64,000 nucleotides of DNA from Lama glama (Eukaryota), in assembly GCA_028534125.1 (NCBI GenBank), contig CM052816.1, forward strand, positions 13,270,001 through 13,334,000, in the 5' to 3' direction. Below are positions 11,227 through 25,914 of this stretch, piece by piece. The translations under genes and the position numbers were made by a program. The number at the start of each line of letters is the position of its first letter. Within the stretch, counting starts at the first letter, position 1. The notes beneath the pieces are model-generated. The model was not told the origin of the DNA. It saw only the letters and a list, made by a program, of their open reading frames with translations, and did not search any database.

Positions 11227-14200
11227 GAGCAGCAATTATAATTATGAAGGTATGTATTTTTCAGTGAGGACAACTAATTCATTACCACAGGGTTTTCTTT
11301 TTCATTGTGTTTAAAATGCTGTTTTGAAGGTACTAGTCTGAAAGGTGAGAGAAAAAATCCATCGCATTCCCCTGTTTGTAGTTCATAGTATCTGCCTGAA
11401 TTCCTCTTTGTTAGTTCAGCTGTAAGGTGAGGATTTTAGTTTTCACTTAATAGGCAAAATGAGCATCTTTTGACTTTCTTCAGTTTCAGCTTCCTCATGT
11501 TGTCATACAGAAGAGTTGTTTTATTAAACGAACAGAACAGTGTTTTTTGTTTCTGGGTTTTTTTTTTTCCCATTGGTTAAAATTCAAAGGGAAAGTGAGG
11601 TTACAAATCTGAGAAATGGAGCTATTTCTACAAGAACTGTGTTTAATTATCAACCCATTAAATTTGAATTTTCTTTGTCAGTACTGTGCATAATCTTAGT
11701 ATCAAGCTATTTATCACATATTAACAAACACTTGCTGTCCTGTAGCAAATGCACTAGGAAGTACATTACATATATAAAGTAAAACTTTCAATCTTTTTAA
11801 TGAATAGCTGGTGATTTTTAGCCTTTGGGTTTAGAAGTGAGTGAGGCAGTGAGGAAATACCACTGCTGCCTCAGCATTATTTTGAGATCCTGTTTTTAAA
11901 ACTACATAATATTCAAGGCCATGCGTCTGGAACCTTTCCAGGGATTAACTTGTATACCAAAGCTATAATTTGATTTTATTTAAGTACTGATGGAAGTCTA
12001 CTTTAAACCTCAAACTCTAGTGAGGTCTTAGAAGTAATATGAGCACTCTGACCTACAACCACTCCTGGTACTCTGTGTATGTTTTTCTTGTTTGGGCTCC
12101 TAAGAGAGAAATTTAACCCAAGTGTGATGATCATTAACACTAAACTCCCCCTTCCCCTGCAAAAAAGAAATCTTACCAAGTAGTATAGGATAATTAGGAA
12201 GTTACGTTATTGGATAGAATTTGCACATGATGGTTTTTTTTTTTAAGAGATGAAAATTACGAGAAATACAGAAAAGTGAAAGACATGGCAGAAGAGTTAT
12301 TATTATAGGACCAAAGGTTGCAGGAACTAACACTGTAAAGTTAGCTGGGGAAAATGGACTTGAAACAGGGAGAAAAAAAAAAGAAACAGTCTAGCTCTGA
12401 GAGCCTAAATAATGCTCTATTTAGTGAAATGATTCACTCTGCCATTTGGGCTTGGGGATGGGGTGAAGTTACTGAGGAACTAGAGAACGGCTGTCATGAG
12501 ATGATTTGTTTAGGGTACGGTCCTAGTAAAAGATATCTCTGCAACCTACTGAAAACTTGGCTGTAGAAGCATGTAAGGAGGAAGCTAGAGAAGCCAAGTC
12601 CTACAGAGTAATGCTTTTGTCTCTTTTATAATATCTAGCTTCGGATGTTTCTGCGGTCTTACTAGCTTCTTGCTCTTTCCACAGAGGCTGTTGAATCTGT
12701 CATTTCTGTAGTTGGTCACCTTTTGACTACAGATACGTGGCTTTCAAAGTCCTTTTGCTTCCAAGGGCCTTCTGAGCTGGGGTTTGTTCCAAATGCTTGT
12801 TGGCTTGATTCTCGGGTGAAGTCGATGTTGACAAGGCATTCCCTCTATGTCTTTCGCTCATTTTAGCATTTATTGAACACACTGAGTGCAAGTTATGGTC
12901 TGAGGTTTTCAGTGGCAGTTGATATTATTGATGGCATGTAACCTTGGGAAGACACTGAGCGCGCAGCTGTAGCAGACGAGGGGTCCAAAAAACAAGGTAT
13001 CTGTTCCGTGCTTTTGCCTGAACTAGCCAATGTGGGTGGGGAAAGCTGGCTCTTCAGAGGGCAAGCAGTAGACATGCTTTCTGGGGGCAGAGCAGGAGCC
13101 ACTTATGGGAATCATTGTGTTACTCTTACCCACTTCTCTCCTGATAATCGGAATTCAGTTTTTTCTGTTTTCTACTCCTTCTGTGGGCATTCTATGTCTT
13201 TTCTTGCCTTTTTTCCTTATACTGTTTTCAGTCTTCAGGCTGAAAATTGCTTATTCAGAGGTTTCAGTTTAATTAAGTTCAATCCATTTTAAGATGGATA
13301 TTGTAGCCTTTAAAAGTGATATTAAACAGTTACTTTAAATGATTAGAGGGCATCCCCCCCATTCCAGTGATAAGCTATTTTAAGATTGTCTATTTTTTTT
13401 GAAGTCAAAAGTCTTTAGAATTTGACCGGAATTTTGTCAGAATCATCCAAAGGTTTCACACAATCTGTTTTCAGAAGCATTCTATTTTTTATAGTGCGAT
13501 ACATTTGTGATAAAGTTTCAATTGGGTGATGATAAAAGTCATACCCCTATTTCATATATAAACTTTATCACCATAGACAGACAGAACAAAAATACTCCTA
13601 TCAAAGAATTAAGCAACGATGCCCGCAAAGGTGTGACAAACTATAATAAATTGTAAGAGTAAAAATTTATAGAAAACGTAAATGTTCAGCAAAAAGAAAA
13701 TGATTGTTGAACATTGATGGGAACACAGACGATGGAATACTATGTTTACATGAACAGTTACAAGAACAATACATGAGGAAGTATTCACGAGTGTGGTAAA
13801 TGGGGTTAAAAACAATATCAAATTATAATAGTCTATGTACATAAATATTGTCTATTGAAGGGCAATTATTTGACTTTAAAATGCTGAGGTTATGGAAAGT
13901 AGATTAGAATAATTTGGAGCAGTATTCCAAGTAATACCACTGAGAATTTAATAAAGCTCATAAACCCCTCTCACTCTGCTGCTCTGTCTTGAAAAGACAC
14001 GCTGACTGTGTCTGTAGGCATTCATGCTCTGTGGCGTGATTGGTAGACAGGGAGTAAACAGCTTACTGTAAATGGGCACTCAGCCAGCTGGCTTCCAGCA
14101 GCAGCAAGCTTGTGATTTGCAGTCAGGGTTAGGAAAATGCCTTTTAACTTGTTCATTTCCGCTGCTTTTCAACATGGAAAAAAGGCACAACTGTACGGAT

Positions 14201-14582
14201 TTATTAAGTGCCTCATAAGGTCTTTAGGAATTCCTCGGAAGTTATTAGTACCGCTTCCCTGGATCTGAATACCTCTCACTTAACAATGACAAGGTTTTAA
14301 AAGGCAGTTTTAATCGTTAAGGATTTTTTTAATTGGCTTGCCCTCACCTTGTCTATTTGGAATTATATTCGGGGGTTTCTCTGACCTACGTTTGAAGAGT
14401 TCGATTGATTCTCCAGCACTATTTTGGGGAGAAAAACATTATATGATATTGAAATCTGAGTTTTTCTCTTTTTTTTTTGTTTTTTTTGTACTTAGATACG
14501 AGAAAGTCCAAAAACATCTTAGCAAAAGGGGAAAGACCTTACCTTTCCTCCAAAGATGTTTTATGCCCAAAGCAATTGTTTG

Positions 14583-14625
14583 CAGCTGGTGAGTCATTTT
14601 CACCACCTGAGGCAGCTGAGTGTCA
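14583..14625. promoter_or_regulatory. Candidate intronic enhancer core (AP-1 + E-boxes)
   Basis: CAGCTG 14583, TGAGTCA 14590, CACCTG 14604, CAGCTG 14613 and TGTCA 14621 within 43 bp of non-repetitive DNA. Motif evidence only. Confidence 0.4.
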
Positions 14626-17600
14626 ATCCTGCATGAAAAGTGGAGGCTGCTGAATTCCATACAACTGTTTATTGGAAAAGTCGTCAAAACCTAATGATGT
14701 ACTTGAATATTCTAGTATATTGTATCCACAATCCAAGAAATGCTTGTGTTTACTTTGTTACTAAAATTAGAGCCGTTTTGTGGGATCAGATGACTAACTT
14801 GAAGGTTTCTGAAAGACTTTTGGAGGATTTCATTTACTTGAAAACTGTATGAAGAAGGAAATGTTGTCCAGATTAAAATCTATTTTAAAGAATTAAAGCA
14901 TTAAAATCTAAGAAAAATAGGTGTTTTTTAACAAAGTCATTTATTATCGTTTAAAAATAAAATAATATAGTATTTATATCTTTCCCCCTTGAATTCTTTA
15001 AAATCTTTTTCATATCTGAAAGTCTTTCAGGGTGGGGTTTAACTGCATGAGGTAATACCTGCTTATTAAAACAAGTAATTTTTCTTTGGGTGAAAAAGAC
15101 ATTTATTGAGTTAGCATATGTTTCTCTTTCTAAGATCACTGAAATTCTTGTCAGTCCTTTCAGTGCATGTAAAACTAATAAAACGGCAAGCTGGAAACAG
15201 AAGAAGCATTGATTTAGATCGCCTGCTCTTCTTTTGGTGTTAGAATGTGAAAACAGCTTTTTTAGAGTGGAATGTACAATGCACTTTAATAACTGTTTCA
15301 GTTCTCCCCTGAATGAGAATTTTTAGCTCTCTTGGGCCATAAATCCCTTTGAGAATCTGATAAAAGTTACTTTCTCCCAAATAAATATGCATGAAACACA
15401 CATACTAAACAATGTTTTATCGCTTTGTTACCGAGAAACGTCTTAGACCCAGCTAAAGCCCATTCATAAAGCCTACGTGGTTTGAACATCTCTATTGTTA
15501 GCAATGTTTAAGGAACTCCAATAAAGTCCTTTCCTCTTGAAAACTAAAAAAGCAAGTCGAAACTGAGATGAGTGTTAGCCATTTTGAACAATCATGCTTT
15601 AGTTACTTTGAATTCTAGCAGTGAGCTGAAAATCTGGATAGTTGATGATGTAAACAATACTAAGAAATTGGCTGTTGTCTCTTAAAAGCATTCATGGCAG
15701 TTTACCCAAAAAACTGTAAGTCAAGGCATTCATCTTAATTTGAATAAGCTAAGCAATCAGCAGTGACAGAAGCCCCAAACGGGAATTATTTTGATATGTG
15801 TCCTAAGTATGTAACATATAAATTATATGTTCTGTCACTGCTAACGGCGGCAGAGACTATGAATGGTACAAAGTAGCTCATCACCGAATCGGCATCACGT
15901 GGGACGTGCTCAGGCTGCACGCCATAGTTACTAAATAAGAATTGGGGGGCTTGGGGTTGGTTATCTGTATGCTGGCAAAGCCCTTCAAATGCTTCAGATT
16001 CTTCTGAGAACCAGTAGTGAAATAATGGCTGTGGCCTAGGATTACAGGAGTCGTCTGTCATATTTAGATATTAGTATTTTGTGGCTGAAAAATAAGCCCA
16101 GCATATTAAAAAAAAAATAAGAGCCATATATAATGGAAAATGTTGAGATTTCAGCCACATGAATGAACATGTGTTTTCCTGTAATTGAGAACATGCTAAA
16201 TGAGAATTCCAGAAGTGGAACAGACTGCGTGTCATTCCTCTGTAAACCAAGAAGACACGCACAGGGTAATAACTTTGTGCTGTTCATCAAACTTTTAAGT
16301 TCAGTATCATTTTTGCTGAGCCAATCTAAGAAAGGAAAAATTTTTCATAGATAGGATTTGTTTGGGATATAGGATTTATAAAGTGCACAGTAATCTTCTG
16401 TGATGGATCCTGGGATCATTTCGTGTATCTCTCTATATGTGAACATGTATATGTGTATTTTTAATTGCATACATTCATTCACCGTATAATGTAGTACCGA
16501 GGCGAGCAGAGTCCATCATACAGGGATAGCAGCTTTGCTAAGCATCGTTGATCCTCACTGCACTGCATTCAGTGTGTGTGTTTACCCATGTGTGTGATTG
16601 TGCAGAATCTTAGAAAGCTACAAAGAAAAACAAAATTAAGGGACTAGGAATGTTGAGAGAGTTTCAGCCATCCCTGAAACTACATAACAAAATTCACTTG
16701 ATCTGCTAGGTCGTCTTTAATAGACCTGTTAGATGTGTCACAGGCCTCTCTGATCCGTATGGATTCAAATTGATCTGAACGTCTGAAATGGCTTTTGATC
16801 CATATAAGTATTTCCTAAGAAGCATGTGCAATCACTAGAAAGTCATGACACTTGCTGGTTTAGTGCAGTATGTACAGACTGCTGTCTTGTAGTTAGAAAC
16901 CATTGGACAGCTTCTCCAAGATTGGTAGGGGAAAACCCTAAAAAGGAAAGCCATTATTTCCTTTTTTTTTCTTTCTCTTGTCATTTTATTTAGTAGAATG
17001 AGTGAGCCGATCATAATAAGGTGGAAATGTTTACAGTAAACAGTGTAGTATTTATAAAATCTGTTAGTACTTGTTAAAAACACTGTCTCACCCCCCCCCC
17101 AAGCTGTGTTGTTTCATGCAGTGACACAGCAGGGAAATAGCTGTGTTATGTGGCTGTTGGCTGTGTCAGATGCTGTTTGTTCATTGTGATAGGGAAATAA
17201 AGCCCTGAACCCAGTCCCCTCCGTTTTATTTGTGATGAAAGGAAGAAAGTATTTTCACCTAGGATGCTCATAATTTAAATCTTGACTTTTTCAATGTTTA
17301 AAGAACTTTTTTGAGATCAGCAATTTTTTTTTTTTAACAAAGTCAGGTGTGTGGAGAGTGTGCTTTTTGGAGTGTGGGCAAAAGGACTGGACCCAGAGTT
17401 CGCATTTTATTCTGAAGGCAGTGGATAACCATTTTGTCTTTGAGCAAGGACTGATTTGCTCTAAGCTGTATCTTAGAAAAATTACTCTGGCAGCCTTGTG
17501 TAGAAAGAGTTATGTATGGCTTTGTTTTATTTGAGGAAAGGAAAGTTGTCGAAGAGAGACTCTGGAAAGGTGATGTCTATGAGCCATTGACAAAGAGCAT

Positions 17601-17849
17601 TCTAGTAGTGGTGAAGCATGAGCGGAAGCAGTGGCTTTGGAGGAGGAGGTACATGGACAGACCTGAGAGTCATTTGGAAGATACGACGAGGCAGCACATT
17701 GACCCCGGAGAGTCACCGGTTTCTGCCGGCACTATTCACATCTTTCCAAAGTTACCACTTGCCTTCTTGTTAAATGCAGCAGACACGTCCCAGTGACCTC
17801 CTGTGTGCCGGCCCTGTGCTGGTCCACAGGATCCTGTTTGTAAAGGCTT

Positions 17850-19000
17850 CTTCCTGTGGTTTTTAAAATAATAGTCCTCGTTTTCCTCCTTGTACCTCTC
17901 AGACCCTCCTCTTTGCAAGTTCCTCTTCCCTGTAGAGTTCCTCAGAGCTCTGTCCTAGGCCCTTGTTGTACTCTCTGCCTCTGCCTGAGTGCTGCTGTCC
18001 TCTCTGGTTGCCTCAGTTACCATCTGTCCATATGCTGAGGACACCCACACCCATATTTTCTGTACCTCCAGCTCAAGACAGATTCTCTCAACCTCCTGAC
18101 CCTTATTTCCCACTACCTACTGAGTATCTTCTCTTGGAATCAAGATCTCTCAAACTCAGCATGTCCAAAGTACTTCATCAATTTATTGCAAGCCACGCTC
18201 CCTCTCACTGCTGTATTTCTTAGCTCGGTAGACGTACCGCACTTTGTCAGTTCCATTCCCCAATGTACAAATCTGGACATAACCCTCCCTTAACCTTTTC
18301 CCTTCTCTCCCCGTATTTCACCTGTCAAGCGTCCTAGATTTATCTAACTAAATACTTCACAAACCTGTGTACTTCTTAGTATCTTCACTTCTGCTGTAAG
18401 GTTAGGCTGCCGTAAGCTCGTAGCTGGATTTCTGTCACAGCATCTCGGCTGGCTGTCTTGTCATCTTCAGTCAGCTAGAGCATTCAGTCAGACGGGCAGA
18501 AAGCGATCTGCTCGTTTCCCTGTGTACGGTACCTCCGGGTCTTCACCGCTGCAGGACAGTCTAGCAGTTTACCATGGCTTCACAGGCCTTGTATGACTGG
18601 GTACTAAGTTTGTTACCGTGCACCCTTTCCCAATTGCTTTGGTTTCCCCCTTTCTTGCCTCTGTGCCTTTGCATAATGCTGTTCCCTGTGCTTCCCCCGC
18701 CTTTCATTCTTGCATCGTTTTCACGTGGCTAGCCAGCTACTGCTGAGTAGCCCAACATAGCTGAAACATCACATCGTCAAGCAGGCCCCCCTCCCCGGTC
18801 CCGTGATCCCCCACATCGGGGTTAGAGTCCTTCGTCAGTCCCAGGCGTTGCCCCTAGCTGAGCATTTATCTCGCGGAGTCACAAGTGCCTGTTTCCCTGT
18901 ACGAGTCTTAACAGTTCTGTGAGAGTAGAGGAGAATACCTGTGTTTCTCACTGTGGTATACCCAGTGGTTGGAATAGGATAGGTGCTCAATAAATATTAA
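17850..19000 (+). mobile_element. L2 LINE 3' portion
   Basis: cctcagagctctgtcctaggccctt..tctcaaactcagcatgtccaaa..ctctgtgcctttgcataatgctgttccctgtgc..taggtgctcaataaatatt (L2 3' terminus). Confidence 0.8.
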
Positions 19001-19889
19001 ATACATATTCAAAATATTTATGCAGACATAAATATGAAGCAATGAAAAAGTGAGCAGGATGCGGGAGGAAGCTGAAAGGCAAGGAAAGAGACTCTGAAAG
19101 CTGAAGGAAGGAGCCGGTTAAGGTGGAGGGGGAGTTGAGTTTGGTTCAGGAAGTCCTGTGTTCTAGAGCTACTGTAAGTGAGAGCCGAATCCTCAAACAG
19201 TGGGTCCCCATAGGTGACGGGTTGGAGAGAAAGAGAGCCAGTCTCCCAAGTAGACTTCGAAGAAGGAATAGAGTCCTCTACGATGATAAGTGACAGCAGG
19301 AGGGGTTCGGGGCTGGGAAGATGAGCCGCCTCCCCGTGCAGAGCTCACACGTTCAGGGAGAACGCAGGCGTGGTGAAGCAGCAGCCAGGGCAGAGCGGAG
19401 GATCATGTCTGATCGCCCTCCCTGGCTTTTCAGTTCTCAGAGCGCACAGTAAAGGAGTAGCCGTCGTCAGACAGTGTCGTAAGGAAAATGTTGTCGACGG
19501 GAAACGTTTTCATAAAGCGATGCTGCTAAGGAGGAGTGTGTGACCATTGCATAGCCGCCACCACCACCAAAGGCAGTACGAGCAACTCTGAGTCTCTGCG
19601 ACCCTTTCTCAGGGACTTTGGAGGGCCAAGAAGAGAAAGGTTCTTCTGAGTGTAAAAGGCTTCTACCCCCACCGTTCCGTCACTTCAGTGTTACCACACG
19701 TTACTCAGTCATAACTAGGAATTTGTATAAAATTTCACTAGGATGTCATGCTTGGAGAGAAAAATAATTGTTTGGATGTTTTTCTCTGCCAGTAATCCAA
19801 GGAGCATTTGTGGGAAAATATTTACAAATATAGTAAGACCTATTCTCTTTCTGTATTTATATTAAAAATTTTTGTATTGATTTATGTTA

Positions 19890-22800
19890 ACTTTTTTATT
19901 GATTCATAGTGAATTTACAACATTGTGTCAGATTCCAGTGTAGAGCACAATTTTTCAGTTATACATGAACATACGTACGTTCATTGTCACTTTTTTTTCC
20001 CTGTGAGCTACCACAAGATTTTGTATGTATTTCCCTGTGCTATACCATATAATCTTGTTTCTGCATATGCCTGTGAGTATCTACAAATTTTGAAATCTCT
20101 GTCTGTCCCTTCCTACCCCCTGCCCCCTGGGCAACTACAAGTTTGTCTTGTATGTCTGTGAGTCTGTTTCTTTTTTGTATTTATGTTCCTGTTTTTTTAA
20201 ATTAAGATTCCACATAGGAGCGATCTCATATGGTATTTTTCTTTCTCTTTCTGGCTTACTTCACTTAGAATGACATTCTCCAGGGATATCCATGTTGCCG
20301 GAAATCGCGTTATGTTGTCGTTTTTATGGGTGAATAGTATTCCATTGTATAAATAGACCTTCTCTTCTTTATCCAGCCATCTGTCGATGGACATTCAGTC
20401 TGTTTCCATGTCTTGGCTACTGTAAATAGTGATGCTATGCACATTGGGACGCAGGGACCATTTTGAAGTAGGGTCCCTTCTGGATATATGCTCAGAAGTG
20501 GGATGACTGGGTCATATGAAAGTCTATTCCTAGTGTTTTGAGGGATCTCCACACTGTTTTCCACAGTGGCCGCACCAACCTGTATTCCCACCAGCAGCGT
20601 AGGAGGGTTCCGTTTTGGCCACAGCCTCTCTAGCATTTGTCATTTGTGGACTTTTGAGTGACGGCCATTCTGGCTGGTGTGAGGTGATCCCTCATTGTAG
20701 TTGTGATTTGCATTTCTCTGGTAATTAGCGATGTAGAGCATTTTTTCACATGCCTATTGATCATGTGTATGTCTTCCTTGGAGAATTGCTTGTTTAGGTT
20801 TTGTGCTCATTTTTGGATTGGGTTGTTTGTTTTCTTCTTCTCATGTCATATGAGCTGCTTATATATCCTGGAGATCAAGCCTTTGTTGGTTTCATCGTTT
20901 GCAAAGATTTCCTCCCATTCCGTCAGTTGTCGTTTTGTCTTACTTATGGTTTTCTTTGCTGTGCAGAAGGTTGTAAGTTTCAGTAGGCCCCATTTGCTTA
21001 TTCTTGCTTTTATTTCTATTGCTTGGGCAGGCTGCCTTAGGAGAACATTTTTGAGATGTACATGAGATAATGTTTTGCCTACGTTTTCTTCTAGATTTAT
21101 TGTATCTTGTGGTATGTGTAAGTGTTTGATCCATGTTGAGTTGATTTTTGTGTGTGGTGTAAGGGAGTGTTCTAGCTTCATTGCTTTACATGGTGCTGTC
21201 CAGTTTTCCCAACACCATTTGCTGAAGAGGCTGTCTTTATTCCATTGTGTTTTCTTGCCTCCTTTGTCGAAGATGAGTTGACCAAAAGGTTGTGGGTTCA
21301 TTTCTGGGCTCTGTTTTCTGTTCCATTGGTCTGTAGGTCTGTTTTTGTACCAATACCATGCTGTCTTGATGACTGTAGCTCTATAGTATTGTCTGAAGTC
21401 TGGTAGAGTTACTTGTCCAGCCTCTTTCTTTTTCTTCCGTAATGCTTTGGCAATTCTAGGTCTTTGGTGGTTCCATATAAATTTTATTATGTTTTGTTTT
21501 AGGTGTGTGAAATATGTTTTGGGTAATTTGATAAGGATTGCATTCAATCTGTGATTGCCTTGGGCAGTGTGACCATTTTAACAGTATTGATTCTTCCAAT
21601 CCAGGAGCATGGAATATGTTTCCATTTTTTTAAGTCTTTAATTTCCTTCATCAGTGGTTTATAGTTTTCCATGTATAAGTCTTTCACCTCCTTGGTTAGA
21701 TTTATCCCTGGGTATTTTATTACTTTGGGTGCTATTGTAAAGAGGACTGTTTGTTTACTTTCTGTTGATTCATCGTTAGTGTAAAGAAATGCCACAGATT
21801 TTTGAACGTTCATCTTGTAACCTGCTACCTTGATGAATTCTTCGATCAGCTCTAGTAGTTTGTGTGTGGACCTTTTAGGGTTTTCTATATACAGTAACAT
21901 GTTGTTGGTGTCTAGTGACACTTCTACCTCTTGTTTTCCCATTTGGATCCCTTTTATGTCTCTCTCTTGCCTGATTGCTGTGGCTAGGACTTCCAAGACA
22001 ATGTTGAATAGGAGTGGTGAGAGTGGGCAGCATTGTCTTGCTCCAGATTTTAGTGGGATGCTTTTGAGTTTTTCACCGTTGAGTACTATGCTGGCTGTAG
22101 GTTTGTCATAAATAGCTTTTGTGACGTTGAGATACATTCCGTCTATACCTAGTTCGGTGAGAGTTTTTATCATAAATGGGTGTTGAATTTTATCAGATGC
22201 TTTTTTTGCATCGATTGAGATGATCATGTGGTTTTTGTCCTTTTTCTTGTTGATGTGATGTATTAGATTGATTGAGTTGCATATGTTGAAGCAGCTTTGT
22301 GTCACTGAGATGAACCTCACTTGGTCATGATGTATAATCTTTTTTATGTGCTGTTGGATTCTGTTTGTGAATGTTTTGGTAAGGATTTTTGCATCTGTGT
22401 TCATCAGTGATATTGGTCTGTAATTCTCTTTTTTGGTTGTGTCTTTGCCTGATTTTGGTATCAGGGTGATGGTGGCTTCATAGAATGAGTTTGGGAGTAT
22501 TCGCTCCTTTTCAATCTTCTGGAGGAGTTTGAGAATGACTGGTATGAGTTCTTCTTTGTATGTTTGGTGGAATTCCCCGGTGAAGCCATCTGATCTTGGA
22601 TTTTTATTTATAGGGAGGGTTTTTTTTTTATTGCTGATTCGATTTCATTTCTAGTGATCAGTTTGTTCAAGTGGTCAGTTTCTTTTTGATTTATTCCTGG
22701 TCGACTGTATGCTTACAGAAAGTTGTCCATTTCCTCTAGGTTACCCATTTTGGTTGTATATAGTCTTTCATAATATTCTCGCCTGATATTCTGTATTTCT

Positions 22801-25520
22801 GTTATTGGTTGTAATTTCTCCATTTTCCTTTCTTATTTTGCTTATTTGTGCTTTCTCTTTTTTCTTCTTGGTGAGTTTGGCTGGAAGTTTGTCAGTTTTA
22901 TTTATTCTTTCAAAAAACTAGGTTTTGGTTTGATTGATTGTTTCTATGGTGGTTTTAGTCTCTATTTTATTTATTTCCTGTCTGATCTTTATTATTTACT
23001 TCCTTCTGCTGCCCTTTGGGGTTTTTTGCTCTTTTTTTTGTAATTCTTTTAGCTCGTGGGTTAGATTGTTTATTTGAGATTGTTTTTCTTTTTTGAGGAA
23101 GGCCTGTATCACTATAAACTTTCCTCCTAGCAATGCCTGTGCTGCGTTCCATAAATTTTGTATGGTTGTGTTTTCATTCTCATTTGTCTCAAGGTATTTT
23201 TTGATTTCCACTTGGATTGCATCATTGATGTATTGGTTTTTTAGCAGCATGTTGTTTAATCTCCATGCTTTCCTTTTTTTCTCCTTTGTTTCTCTGTAGT
23301 TGATTTCTAGTTTCATGGAATTGTCGTCAGTAAAGATGCTGTAGATAATTTCTATCTCCTTAAAATTGTTGAGGCTTCTTTTGTGCCCAAGTACATAATC
23401 AATCCTGGAAAATGTTCCATGTACACTTGAAAAGAATGTATATCTTGTTTTGGGGGTGTGTGATGCTCTGAAAATATCCACCATATCTAACTTGTCTATT
23501 GTATCATTTAATTTCTCTGTTGCCTTACTTGTTTTCTTTCTGGGAGATCAGTCTAGTGATGTTAATGCAGTGTTGCAGTGTCCGAAAGAGATTGTATTCC
23601 CATCCATATCCCCCTTTATCTCTGTTAGTTATTGCTTTATGTCCTTAGGTGTTCCTATATTGGGGGCATATATATTAAGGAGTGTAATATCCTCATCTTG
23701 TATTACTCCTTTAATTATTATTAGATGTCCTTCTTTATCTTCCTTTATGGCCTTTGTTTTAAAGTCTGTTTTGTCTGAAATCACTACTGATGGTAACCCT
23801 GCTTTTTTGGCTCTTCCATTTGTATGGAATATCCTTTTCCATCCTTTCACTGTCCATCTATATGTGTCCTTCTCCCTAAAGTGGGTGTCTTGTATGTAGA
23901 ATCTTGACGGTTCTTGCTTTATTATCCAGTCTGCCACTGTACGTCTTTCGATTGGAGCATTTAGTCCATTAACATTTACAGTAATTAATGATCGATGTGT
24001 GTTTATTGCCGTGTTTGAACTTATTTTTGCAGTGGATTTGGTATTTCCTCTTTGTTCCTTTCTTCTTTTTGTGGTGTGATAATTTTCATTTGTATTATCT
24101 TGGATTTTATTTAGTTTTTGTGACTCCCTTGTAAGATTTTGGCTTGCTGTTGCCCTTTTTTGTAAGTCTATTAGACCATTACTATAACTGTTTGTATTAA
24201 ACAGATAGTAATATAAGCTCAAACCCATCCTACGAAGAAGGAAACATTTAAAAAAGAAAGAAGAAAAATACTCTATATTTGCTTGTTTCCCTCTCCCACT
24301 CTTAATGATTTAGATGTCTTCTTTTGCAATTTCATGTGTATTCTATTTGTAATTCATGGTAGGTGTTACCTTTCCAATTACGAGTTTCTCATTTTTGTAG
24401 CATCCTGCTTCTTTTCTATTTGGAGTAGACCTGTCAGTATTTCTTTTAGCATGGGTTTAGTGTTGCTAACTCTAGTTTTTGCTTGTCTGTGAAATTCTTT
24501 CTCTCTCCTTTTCTAAAGGATAGCCTTGCTGGATAAAGTATCCTAGGCTGCATCTTTTTTTGTTTCAGGACTTTGAATTTATCTTGCCACTCCCTTCCGG
24601 CCTGTCGTGTTTGTGTAGAGAAATCAGCTGAGAGCCTCATGGGGGTTCCCTTGTAACTCACTCTTTGGTTTTCTCTTGGTGCCTTTAGGATCCTTTCTTT
24701 ATCCTTGACCCTGGCCATCTTGATTATGACATGTGTTGGTGTGAGTCTATTGGGTTCTTCCAGTTTGGGACCCTCTGAGCCTCTGGTAGTCGGTTATCTG
24801 ATTCCTTCTTTAGGTTTGGAAGTTTTCAGGCATCATGTCTTCCAGTACCTTTTCAGTCCCCTTGGTTCTTTCTTCCCCTTCTGGGACCCCCATTATGTGT
24901 AGATGGGCATGCTTTATATTATCCTATAGGTTCCTTATGTTGTTTTCATTGTTTTTTACTTGTTTTCCTCTCAGCTGTTCTGATTGGTTGCTTTCTGTTG
25001 TCCTGTGTTCTCGGTCACTTATTCGTTCCTCTGCATTATCTAGCCTGCTTTGTGCAGCCTTTAGATCAGCTGTCATCTCAGCCAGTGAGCTTACCAATTC
25101 TATTGGCTATTCTTTATAGCTTCCATATTATTTTTGAAATATTTTATATTTCACAACAGTATCTTTTTTAGTTTGTTCAGTACTTTGATCACTCCTTTTT
25201 TGAAATCTTGATCTAGTAGGCCATTGATGTTTTTTTCCTTGATCGTACTGTCAGGGGATTTCTCTTGCTCTTTGAATTGGGAGTGGTTCCTCTGCTTCTT
25301 CATCTCGCTCCTGTCTGTCTGGTACTGTGGCTTATGGAGTATCAGTTATCTATTGTGGTCCTTATGGAGTTTATTTATTTATCTATCTAACGCCTATGCA
25401 GGAAGAAAACTTAATAAGAAAGAGAATTTTATAGGAAGGGAGGAGAAAAAAGTTTGAAAACAGTGTATGATCAATAATAGAAGAGCAAGTTGAATCAGAA
25501 TAGCAATTCAGTTGAGATTT
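19890..25520 (-). mobile_element. Near full-length but inactivated LINE-1 (ORF1 + ORF2, partial 5' UTR)
   Basis: ORF1 starts at ATG 25303 (MKKQRNHSQFKEQEKSP..) and continues in 24446-24718 (..MRLSADFS..ILYPARLSF). ORF2 is broken into endonuclease (..ITVNVNGLNAPI..NIYAPN, 23629-24228; 22996-23484), RT (21544-22404, [18 protein letters not shown], catalytic ADD motif degraded to DTNN) and C-terminal pieces (20846-21547, 20310-20636). The 5' boundary is approximate. Confidence 0.97.
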
Positions 25521-25699
25521 CTTTATGTAAAAAATTTTAATTGAGCCCTTAGATTTTTTTTAAAAAAGGAAAGTCAGTTAGTATTCTGCCACAAGTATAT
25601 TCATATAATAATGTGTTGAATGAAGGAGGGATTCAGTGGATAAACACATGAGTGTGTTTATGGACCAGTGGATGGGGATGGATGATGTCTCTAGAGCTA

Positions 25700-25862
25700 C
25701 ATCAGAGATTGGCAGGTCAATAGCCCACAGGCCAAACCCAGCCTTCAGAGAATCGTTTTTTCGTATTTCAAGGATTGTAAAAAAACAAACAAAAAATGTG
25801 TGATGCATGGTCTGTAGAATATTTAGTATCTAGCTCTTTATAGAGAAAAGTTTCCAGCCCAT
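25700..25862. mobile_element. MER58-like hAT DNA transposon fragment
   Basis: gattggca..tagcccacaggccaaacccagcc..aatatttagtatctagctctttatagagaaaagtttcc resembles MER58 ends. Confidence 0.55.
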
Positions 25863-25914
25863 CATTTAATCATACTTTTTAATACATGTGTGATATCCGT
25901 CATATGGCTATATT

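Noticed and set aside
20310..25303. Reverse transcriptase/endonuclease ORFs as a novel retro-system or an active element
   Set aside because: Ordinary L1 ORF1/ORF2 with multiple frameshifts and stops and a degraded RT catalytic motif.
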